A DNA stretch of 64,000 nt from an uncultured delta proteobacterium (lineage in GTDB: Bacteria; Desulfobacterota; Binatia; Binatales; Binataceae): positions 416,001-480,000 of the forward strand of contig CAWJET010000002.1 in the NCBI GenBank assembly GCA_963842085.1, in the 5' to 3' direction. How positions within the stretch are numbered: the stretch's first letter is position 1; each line of letters opens with the position of its first letter. Of this stretch, positions 32,191 through 40,084 are shown piece by piece. The translations under genes were made by a program, and so were the position numbers. Under the pieces are notes generated by a model. It was not told the origin of the DNA. It made no database searches and saw nothing but the letters and a program-made list of their open reading frames with translations.

Positions 32191-32316
32191 TTACTGCCAA
32201 ATCGAATCCAGCGCGGGCCAGATATGATAGGCAAAGCCATACATCAACGTCGTGAGAAACCAGCCTGCGGCAAATCCGATATAGAGACCTTCTGCGAACG
32301 TATGATTCTTCATCAT
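32191..32316 (-). CDS. Putative 41-aa single-TM microprotein
   Basis: MMKNHTFAEGLYIGFAAGWFLTTLMYGFAYHIWPALDSIWQ with AGGTGA SD-like site; not in the ORF track. Confidence 0.5.
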   Translation of the reverse strand: MMKNHTFAEGLYIGFAAGWFLTTLMYGFAYHIWPALDSIWQ

Positions 32317-32343
32317 GAATACTCACCTACTTCGTCGACGCTT

Positions 32344-32583
32344 TTACCGCGCTCCGCTTCTCCTTGGTTGATTGCGCTGCCTTCTTTTTCGCCGCCACGC
32401 CCGCGCAGGTTTCTCTACCGCGGATGCCTTGCGCACTTCAATCGACGATCCCCCAAGCTGCCGCTGCCAGCCTGCCGCGTCGGACCAGAATTTCCGAACC
32501 TTGAGGATTTCGCCCTTGCGCACGACGTAATAGACTTTGCCTTCTTTCGCAACCGGATGTTCGGTCTTTTCGATTTTTTTCAT
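32344..32583 (-). CDS. Small basic hypothetical protein (79 aa)
   Basis: GGAGG SD upstream of the ATG; Lys/Arg-rich. Confidence 0.55.
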   Translation of the reverse strand: MKKIEKTEHPVAKEGKVYYVVRKGEILKVRKFWSDAAGWQRQLGGSSIEVRKASAVEKPARAWRRKRRQRNQPRRSGAR

Positions 32584-32819
32584 CGCTCGTCCTCCGAGGT
32601 TCGTCGCGCTTGCTCGATGAAGATCACCAGCGCAGTCAGGGTATTGCGGACGGTGTAGCAGCGTTCGGCGCTCGCCTAGAGTAGTAACTGGAGCACTCAG
32701 TGGCTAATCGAAGCGGTGCCGAATGGCTATTGGGGCGAGCGGCGCCGAGGATCGAATTGTGAACAGCGCAACCTTGGATATTTCCGGCGCGCCCGCTTCG
32801 AGTGTAGAATCTCAGCGCA

Positions 32820-33461
32820 ATGAGCCTAATCTGTCCCAGATGCCGTACCACGATTCCTTTGAGGCCAAAGAGAGGCCAAGGCCATGTCTTTACCGCGCGT
32901 GGTGTCGCGATCCACGGAAACGTGGATTACGACAAGGGAGAAGCTCACATGGGTGACGCTCCATTCAAAGCTTACTATCCGTTGTTTGGAGAGACTTACG
33001 GGGTCGCGCTCTGTGACGAATGCAGTAATGAGTATGTGGTCATTATCTCCGGCCCTCCGAGGATCGTCTGGCCGCTACCGGGGGTAGAAGTCCCAAAACA
33101 GATTCCAGGAGAAGTGAGTCGTCCGCTGATAGAAGCGAAAAAGGCGCACGGCGTCAGCGCTGAAACGGCCGCTCTACTTGCGGCTCGTACGGCATTAGTC
33201 CGGATGCAAAGACAGCAAAAGATCTCCAAGATTGATGACCTGATAGAGCAAGGAGTAATCACCCCTGTGCTAGCGGGCCAGGCGCATGAAGTGAGATTAT
33301 GGGCGAACGCGACCGGACACGAAGATTTGACAACGGATCCCTCTGGCGACGACGTTGAGCATCTGATCGCATACATCGACCTGTTGTTTGAAACGATCTA
33401 TGTCCACCCGGAAAGGCTCGCTGCACTTAAGAAGAAACGGGGCAAAATGAAAGGCGAATAG
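32820..33461 (+). CDS. Zn-ribbon plus DUF4145-like (HEPN-related) protein
   Basis: CPRC...CDEC, then AALLAARTAL...KIDDL...AHEVRLWANATGH; lower GC than its flanks. Confidence 0.75.
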   Translation: MSLICPRCRTTIPLRPKRGQGHVFTARGVAIHGNVDYDKGEAHMGDAPFKAYYPLFGETYGVALCDECSNEYVVIISGPPRIVWPLPGVEVPKQIPGEVSRPLIEAKKAHGVSAETAALLAARTALVRMQRQQKISKIDDLIEQGVITPVLAGQAHEVRLWANATGHEDLTTDPSGDDVEHLIAYIDLLFETIYVHPERLAALKKKRGKMKGE

Positions 33462-33626
33462 ACCCTCCCATCGCCGAGAAGGTTGACGGCGCGGGCCGTC
33501 ACTCGCTTTTCTAAATTCAGTCACTCATTGTCAAATTAAGTCAGTACCCGAAAGGTCCGTTCACTTGTGACAACGTACCAGGTTGTAGTATTCCTGCGTC
33601 TGGAGTTGTTAACTCGTAGGGGGATC

Positions 33627-34213
33627 ATGAGAAGACTCGCCGTCTATACCGTTGCAGTTTGCTCTTTGATTGGCACTTCATGCGCCACGATGCTGAAGGG
33701 TACCAAGGACGAAATCACCGTAGTTTCGGATCCGGCCGGCGCCCAGGTGACCGCCAACGAAACTCAGGAGGGACCGACTCCTGTCTCGTTCACCGTCCCT
33801 CGAAACAGGATCTCAACATCACGGTTTCGAAGGCAGGCTACCAGCCGCAAGATCTGCAAGATCCGGTCAGCTTTCGCTGGGGCTATGAGGCTTGGGCGTT
33901 CCTCGCCTACATAATCCCGATGGTTGTTGATTTGTCGGACGGCGCGGCCTGGGGTCATGACCACCTGACGTTGACTGCGCATCTTGAACCAAACACCCAA
34001 CCGACTTCCGCCGCAGGAGGAACGCCACCGGCTGCGAGCGCTGCCTCCGAGACCCAGGTGTCGCCTCTCGCAGCCCCTTCGCCGGCTCCACAGATCGAAA
34101 GTAGTGCTGGTGCGCCTGTTCCGTCGCCTGCCGCAGCTTCATCGGCCTCCGCCGCGAGGCAACCTGCGGCCAGCGAGGCACCATCGTCGCACGTGCCTTC
34201 CTTGCCTGAATAA
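33627..34213 (+). pseudogene. PEGA-like domain lipoprotein split by a frameshift near 33800
   Basis: Lipobox IGTSC and SDPAGAQVT...TPVSFTVP in one frame continue as SKQDLNITVSKAGYQP in another; one extra C in gtccctcg restores the frame. Confidence 0.7.
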
Positions 34214-34273
34214 CGCGGCGGAGAGTGTACATCTCAGTCCGTCGAACCTCCGCCACATCGAACTGTGCACGCT

Positions 34274-34331
34274 GCACTGCCAAATCGTCATCGAGCGCGA
34301 GCGTGGTCGCGGGCTTTGAGATCAGCGATCG
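34274..34331. repeat. About 57-bp direct repeat, copy A
   Basis: First 30 nt identical to 34752-34781, about 4 differences overall. Confidence 0.85.
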
Positions 34332-34389
34332 GCGGGAGGGCCCCTTAACCAATTCATTCTGCGCTCAAATTAACCAAGGAGGAGAAAAA

Positions 34390-34701
34390 GTGATCAAGAC
34401 GATCAGAGCGAGAGCGATCTGCACGCGGTGCAAAATGATGCTCGTCGATCCGAGCGATGCAGAGAACCTAACGCATGGCATTCGCGGCGCAATGATCCTC
34501 GATCCGAACGACGAAAAGGACCGAACGCACCGCACCCGAAAAGACGGCACGCCGTGCGGTGGTCCCATCGCGATGTCGCAGTCGCGCCCCAAGACGCCAC
34601 TGGAGGAACGGATCGATCGCGTGGTCGAAAAGCAGATGGAGCGACGCACGCTCGAAAAGCTGACGCTCGACAAATCTCTCGCAGGGAGGACTAGAAAATG
34701 A
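34390..34701 (+). CDS. Hypothetical 103-aa protein with possible Zn site (CTRC...H...C)
   Basis: Strong SD AAGGAGG before the GTG; flanked by the 57-bp repeats. Confidence 0.6.
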   Translation: MIKTIRARAICTRCKMMLVDPSDAENLTHGIRGAMILDPNDEKDRTHRTRKDGTPCGGPIAMSQSRPKTPLEERIDRVVEKQMERRTLEKLTLDKSLAGRTRK

Positions 34702-34751
34702 AACTCGCACTCACTCAACAGAAACGTCGCGAACCATCCCGCGCCCGCCCG

Positions 34752-34808
34752 GCACTGCCAAATCGTCATCGAGCGCGAGCGGGATCGCGGGCTTGAGGTC
34801 AGCGATCG
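34752..34808. repeat. About 57-bp direct repeat, copy B
   Basis: Matches 34274-34331. Confidence 0.85.
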
Positions 34809-34935
34809 CCCCGCGCGCCGTTGATCGCAACGAAATCGCAATCTGTGTGGCGCAGCACCTCGCCACACAATGTCCGAGATTATCTAGTCAACTCAGTTGG
34901 TTAGCGAACCATGCAGAAACTCGCGATAAAAACGC

Positions 34936-34994
34936 AGATTGTGTTTCAATAGCGCCGCGCGCTCAACCCAGCCGCGTGAAGATCGAAAACCCGT
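34936..34994. repeat. 59-bp direct repeat, copy 2
   Basis: 55/59 identical to 31939-31997. Confidence 0.9.
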
Positions 34995-35044
34995 CTTGAA
35001 TTGGAATCATCAGCCGGTTAGACCCTATACTCTTGCCCTCGCCC

Positions 35045-35130
35045 GCGAGAGTGGCGGAATGGCAGACGCGCAAGGCTCAGGACCTTGTGAGCGCAAGCTC
35101 GTAGGGGTTCAAGTCCCCTCTCTCGCACCA
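35045..35130 (+). tRNA. tRNA-Leu(CAG)
   Basis: GCGAGAG...CTCTCGCACCA, anticodon arm CAAGG-CTCAGGA-CCTTG, long variable arm, GTTCAAGTC. Confidence 0.97.
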
Positions 35131-35162
35131 ATTTTAATCGTGCGGTGCGGTCGCGTTGCGGC

Positions 35163-35414
35163 TCAATAGGGCGCAGGAACCGCGTCAGAGGCCTTGTTGC
35201 CCGACGTTTCCGGACCATGGCATTTTGCGACGTCCGCTTCGCTGGCGCCGATGGCAGACGCTATTTCAGCATCGGAGCGGCCGGATTCCGCCTGCAGCTT
35301 TACCACGTTGCAGTCGACGTGATCTGTGGAGATCGAGCTGCAGCCCGCCACTCCGGCAACAAGCAACGTTCCAAGCGCGGCAGCCATAGTCAGTTTGCGA
35401 AACGCGTGAGCCAT
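35163..35414 (-). CDS. Small lipoprotein (83 aa)
   Basis: Lipobox VAGC, SD GGAGGGG, two further Cys. Confidence 0.7.
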   Translation of the reverse strand: MAHAFRKLTMAAALGTLLVAGVAGCSSISTDHVDCNVVKLQAESGRSDAEIASAIGASEADVAKCHGPETSGNKASDAVPAPY

Positions 35415-35539
35415 CGAAATATCCCCTCCGGAGTCGAATACGGCCCGTCCCCCGCCACGAGCATGCGCACGATATTATTAACCGGCTCGATTTTACAAGC
35501 TGTAGATCGAACGGACGCCCTGCCGAAAGCCGATCGTGC

Positions 35540-35568
35540 TTGAGAGGCGACCGGCGGGACAATATGAT
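35540..35568 (+). promoter_or_regulatory. Putative sigma70 promoter of valS
   Basis: TTGAGA-N17-TATGAT. Confidence 0.6.
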
Positions 35569-35614
35569 TTGAGCGAAGGGCGCGCCGCGCCCTTTTTTCG
35601 ACGGAGCGACTGCG

Positions 35615-38290
35615 GTGGATTTGCCCAAAACATTCGATTCCAAGTCCGCTGAAGAACGATGGTTTCAAAAGTGGATTGACCTCGGCTACTTCAAAGCCGA
35701 TCCCGCGCGCCCGGGCAAAGTCTTCTCGGTCGTGATTCCGCCGCCCAACGTCACCGGCCAGCTCCATCTCGGCCATGCGCTCAACGTCTCGCTGCAGGAC
35801 ATCATCGTGCGCACGCGCCGGATGCAGGGTTACAACACGCTGTGGCTGCCCGGCACCGATCACGCGGGAATCGCGACGCAGAACGCGGTCGAGAAGGATC
35901 TCGCGAAGGAAGGCAAGGACCGCCATCTGCTCGGCCGCGACGCGTTCGTCGCTCGCGTCTGGGAGTGGCGCGAGACCTACGGCGACCGCATCCTGCACCA
36001 GTTGCGCCGGCTGGGCGCGTCATGCGACTGGAGCCGCGAGCGCTTCACGCTGGACCCCGGCCTTTCGCGCGCTGTTACCAAAGTTTTTGTCGATCTCTAC
36101 AACAAGGGTCTCATCTATCGCGCCAACCGGCTGATCAACTGGTGCCCGCGATGCGAAACGGCGCTGTCCGATCTCGAAGTCGATCACAAAGACGTGCAGG
36201 GGAGTCTCTGGTACATCCGCTACCCGCTCGCCGACGGATCCGGCGCAATCACGATCGCGACGACGCGGCCGGAGACCATGCTTGGCGACACGGGTGTTGG
36301 TGTGAACCCGGATGACGATCGCTACAGATCGTTGGTTGTTGAAGATGGGCGGCCGGTTCGTAAGATTATTCGTCTGCCGTTGCTTGGTCGTGAGATTCCG
36401 CTCTTTGGGAACGAATTTGTGGATCGCAGGTTTGGAACAGGCGCCTTGAAAGTCACGCCTGCACACGACCCTCTCGATTTTAGGCTCGGCCAAATGGAGA
36501 AACTCGAATTCATTTCGATTTTCGACGGCACCGCGCATATCAACGAAAACGGCGGCGCGTATCGCGGGCTGTCGCGCGAGGATGCGCGCAAGCAAATCGT
36601 CAAGGACCTCGAAAAGGCCGGCCTGCTCGAAAAGATCGAGCCGCATTCGCACGCGGTCGGCGTGTGCTCGCGATGCGACACCGTCGTCGAGCCGATGCTC
36701 TCCGAGCAGTGGTTCCTGCGGATGCGCGAGATGGCCGATCGCGCGATCGAGGCCGTGCGCAAGGGTGACACGACCTTCCATCCGAGGTTCTGGGAGAACA
36801 CGTTTTTCAACTGGCTCGAGAACATCCACGACTGGTGTATCTCGCGCCAGCTATGGTGGGGCCATCGCATTCCCGCCTACCGATGCGTGCGATGTGACCA
36901 CCTGATCGTCGCAGCGGAGCGCCCCTCGCGATGCCCCGAGTGCGACGGCTCCGACATCATCCAGGACGACGACGTGCTGGACACCTGGTTCAGCTCGGGC
37001 CTGTGGCCGATGTCCACGCTCGGCTGGCCGGAGTACACGCCCGACTTCGAGCGCTACTACCCGACCAGCCTGCTGCTGACGGGATTCGACATCATTTTTT
37101 TCTGGGTCGCGCGCATGATGATGTTCGGGCTCGAGGTAACGGACAAGGTGCCGTTCAGGGACGTGTACATCACGCCGTTGGTGCGCGACGAACTCGGCAA
37201 GAAGATGACCAAGTCGAAGGGCAACGTCGTTGACCCGCTCGATTTGATGGACCAGTACGGCGCCGACGCGGTGCGCTTTACGCTCGCGCAGTTGGCCGCG
37301 CAAGGCCGTGACGTAATCCTGTCGCAGGACAGGTTCGCCGCAGCGCGCGCATTCGCAAACAAAATCTGGAACGCCGCGCGCTTCGTGATGATGAATCTCG
37401 ATGGCGCGCCGCAACCCATCCCGAAAGTAGAAGTCGCGAAGCTGGGCTTGGCCGAGCGATGGATTCTGTCGCGGCTCGACGACACGATTCGCGATGTCAC
37501 CCGCTCGATCGACGCTTACGAATTCAACGTCGCGGCGATGAAGCTGTACCAGTTCATCTGGCACGAGTTCTGCGACTGGTACATCGAGCTGTCCAAGGAG
37601 CCGCTCAAGGCCGGCGGAGAACGGCAGGCTGCGGCGCGCTGGGTGCTGGTGAACGTATTCGACAAGATGCTGCGCCTGCTGCATCCGTTCATGCCGTTCG
37701 TCTCGGAAGAAATCTGGCAGGTGATTCGCCTGTATCTCGACGAGCCGAATCTCGCCGCGCATCTGCCGATTGCGAAGTATCCAGAGCCGTCGGCAACGAA
37801 TCCGCTGTCACCGGCGGAAGAGCTCGCGATGAATCACTGCATCGAGGCGACCGAAGCGATCAACTCGCTGCGCTCGCTGCTCGGCTGGCATCCAAGCCAG
37901 CGCGTGGACGGTGTGATCATGCAACGCGGGCCTCTTGACGAAACTTATATGTGGATCAAGTACGCCAAGGTCTTGGGTAAACTAGGGAATGTTGAGAAGG
38001 AGCCAAATTCGCGACAGCGGATCGTCCTCATCAACCTACCTTGGGCAGATATAGGAATTAGAGTACCTCCTGAATTCGACTACCAACGGACAAGGCAGAA
38101 GCTTCAGAAGGATCTCGCAGACGTTTTGAAACACGCGACACAACATGAAGCGCGACTCAACGATTCACAATTCATGCAGAAGGCCGACGCCGAGACTGTA
38201 GAAAATGTCAGCGCGCGCTTTAAGGAGCTACAGGCTCAACGCGTCCTACTGCAACGACAGATCCAACAATTGGATGCGGCAGTGGACTAG
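35615..38290 (+). CDS. valS: Valine--tRNA ligase
   Basis: PPPNVTGQLHLGH, DHAGIATQ, WCISRQLWWGH, DVLDTWFSS, KMTKS. Confidence 0.97.
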   Translation: MDLPKTFDSKSAEERWFQKWIDLGYFKADPARPGKVFSVVIPPPNVTGQLHLGHALNVSLQDIIVRTRRMQGYNTLWLPGTDHAGIATQNAVEKDLAKEGKDRHLLGRDAFVARVWEWRETYGDRILHQLRRLGASCDWSRERFTLDPGLSRAVTKVFVDLYNKGLIYRANRLINWCPRCETALSDLEVDHKDVQGSLWYIRYPLADGSGAITIATTRPETMLGDTGVGVNPDDDRYRSLVVEDGRPVRKIIRLPLLGREIPLFGNEFVDRRFGTGALKVTPAHDPLDFRLGQMEKLEFISIFDGTAHINENGGAYRGLSREDARKQIVKDLEKAGLLEKIEPHSHAVGVCSRCDTVVEPMLSEQWFLRMREMADRAIEAVRKGDTTFHPRFWENTFFNWLENIHDWCISRQLWWGHRIPAYRCVRCDHLIVAAERPSRCPECDGSDIIQDDDVLDTWFSSGLWPMSTLGWPEYTPDFERYYPTSLLLTGFDIIFFWVARMMMFGLEVTDKVPFRDVYITPLVRDELGKKMTKSKGNVVDPLDLMDQYGADAVRFTLAQLAAQGRDVILSQDRFAAARAFANKIWNAARFVMMNLDGAPQPIPKVEVAKLGLAERWILSRLDDTIRDVTRSIDAYEFNVAAMKLYQFIWHEFCDWYIELSKEPLKAGGERQAAARWVLVNVFDKMLRLLHPFMPFVSEEIWQVIRLYLDEPNLAAHLPIAKYPEPSATNPLSPAEELAMNHCIEATEAINSLRSLLGWHPSQRVDGVIMQRGPLDETYMWIKYAKVLGKLGNVEKEPNSRQRIVLINLPWADIGIRVPPEFDYQRTRQKLQKDLADVLKHATQHEARLNDSQFMQKADAETVENVSARFKELQAQRVLLQRQIQQLDAAVD

Positions 38291-39138
38291 TGGAACTGTT
38301 CAAGCAATTCGATCCCACCGATCTCATCAAGCGCGCGCTCGCTGAGGACGTGGGGCAGGGCGATATCACCACCGCCGCGACTGTTGTCCCCGGCGCGATG
38401 GGGCGCGCGAGGATCATCGTTAAGGAACCGCGGATGATTCTCGCCGGCGGCATCCTGATTGAGCCCGTGATGCGTCAGACAGGCGCCGAGCCTCGAATGC
38501 TCAAGCTCGCGCCTGAAGGGGCTGAGCTGAAGGCGGGCGATGTGCTCGCGGAGGTCGAGGGCAAGCTCGCGGGACTGCTGATCGGCGAACGCACCGCGCT
38601 CAACTTCGTGCAATTGCTCTCAGGAATCGCGACCACGACGCGCGCATTCGTCGATGCCATAGCGGGCACGCGTGCGAAGATCATCGACACGCGCAAGACG
38701 CATCCCGGCTTGCGCGTCGTCGAGAAGTACGCGGTCCGCGTCGGCGGCGGGCACAACCATCGCCTGGGCCTCGACAGCGGCGTGCTGATCAAGGAAAACC
38801 ACATCGCGGCGGCGGGCACGGTGACGAAAGCGATCGAAGGCGCGCGCCGGGTCGCACCGCATACGCTCAAAATCGAAATTGAGTGCGAGACGCTCGCGCA
38901 AGTTGAAGAAGCACTTAAAGCCGGCGCCGATGCGATCCTGCTCGACAACATGACGCTCGGCAATATCCGCAAAGCGCGCGCGTTGGCCGGATCAAAAGTT
39001 CAGCTCGAGGTTTCCGGCGGCGTGACGCTCGAGACCGTTCGCGCAATCGCCGAGGCGGGCGTCGATCTGATCTCCGTCGGCGCGCTGACGCATTCAGCGC
39101 GCTTCCTCGACATCAGCATGAGAATCGACGCGGTCTGA
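38290..39138 (+). CDS. nadC: Nicotinate-nucleotide diphosphorylase (carboxylating)
   Basis: EDVGQGDITT, DTRKT, HRLGL, LLDN, SVGALTHS. Confidence 0.96.
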   Translation: MELFKQFDPTDLIKRALAEDVGQGDITTAATVVPGAMGRARIIVKEPRMILAGGILIEPVMRQTGAEPRMLKLAPEGAELKAGDVLAEVEGKLAGLLIGERTALNFVQLLSGIATTTRAFVDAIAGTRAKIIDTRKTHPGLRVVEKYAVRVGGGHNHRLGLDSGVLIKENHIAAAGTVTKAIEGARRVAPHTLKIEIECETLAQVEEALKAGADAILLDNMTLGNIRKARALAGSKVQLEVSGGVTLETVRAIAEAGVDLISVGALTHSARFLDISMRIDAV

Positions 39139-39193
39139 TTGGCGGGCGCCGCCGCGCGCCCGACCCAACGCCTGGGCGGATTCACTGAAAAAA

Positions 39194-39991
39194 ATGCCTC
39201 AGAATCCATATCTTGCTATCGAACGAGGCGCGCCCGGCCGCATCGGCTGGCGAATCCATTATTTCGACGAGCTCGACTCCACCCAGGAAGCCGCGCGCCC
39301 GCTGGCCGCCAGCGGCGCCGACCAGGGCACCGTGGTAATCGCCGAGCGACAGACCGCCGGCCGGGGCAGGATGGGCCGCACGTGGCATTCGCCGTCCGGC
39401 GTCAACCTGTACACGACGATAATCCTCCGCCCGCCGATTCCGCTCGCCGACGTCCCGCGCATGAGCCTGGTCGCCGGCGTCGCTGCGGCCGAGGCGCTTG
39501 AGCGCGAGGCGCCGGGTATCGTCGCGCTCAAATGGCCCAACGACGTATGGCTGCGCGGACGCAAGGCCGGCGGCATAATCGCCGAGGCGGTCACCGACGC
39601 TCGACAGAATCTCGACTGCGTGCTGCTCGGCATCGGCATCAACGTAAATCTCGCCGCCGACGACATCCCGCCCGACCTGCGCGACAGGGCGACCTCGATG
39701 CGTATCGCGACCGGCCACGCGTGCGACCGGATTGCCATCGCGGATTCGCTTTTTAATCTGCTCGACTCCCGCTATATGGAAACCCTGACGCGCGGCTTCG
39801 AGTCGATTCGCCCCGCGTGGGAACGCTTCTCCGCTCTGACCGGCAAGCGCATCGCGATCGCGGACGGCGGGCGGCGTCAGTCGGGAGTGGTGAAGGGAAT
39901 CGACGGGACCGGTGCACTGCTGCTAGACATCGGAGACCGGGTCGAGCGAATCGTCGCGGGTGAGGTGAGCGTGGAGGGCGCGTACGAGTAG
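39194..39991 (+). CDS. birA: Biotin--[acetyl-CoA-carboxylase] ligase (no HTH)
   Basis: QTAGRGRMGRTWHSP, KWPND, KAGGI, GIGIN. Confidence 0.93.
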   Translation: MPQNPYLAIERGAPGRIGWRIHYFDELDSTQEAARPLAASGADQGTVVIAERQTAGRGRMGRTWHSPSGVNLYTTIILRPPIPLADVPRMSLVAGVAAAEALEREAPGIVALKWPNDVWLRGRKAGGIIAEAVTDARQNLDCVLLGIGINVNLAADDIPPDLRDRATSMRIATGHACDRIAIADSLFNLLDSRYMETLTRGFESIRPAWERFSALTGKRIAIADGGRRQSGVVKGIDGTGALLLDIGDRVERIVAGEVSVEGAYE

Positions 39992-40084
39992 GCTTATGTG
40001 ATTAGCGCGAAATAACTGCATCGCTCGGGGCGTGGCGCTCTGAAATCGGCGCTGTCCCGGCGCGCAGGTTGAGAGGTAAGCTCC

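Noticed and set aside
35131-35614. Integrated element at the tRNA-Leu 3' end
   Set aside because: No duplicated tRNA 3' end and no integrase. The accessory DNA lies on the 5' side.
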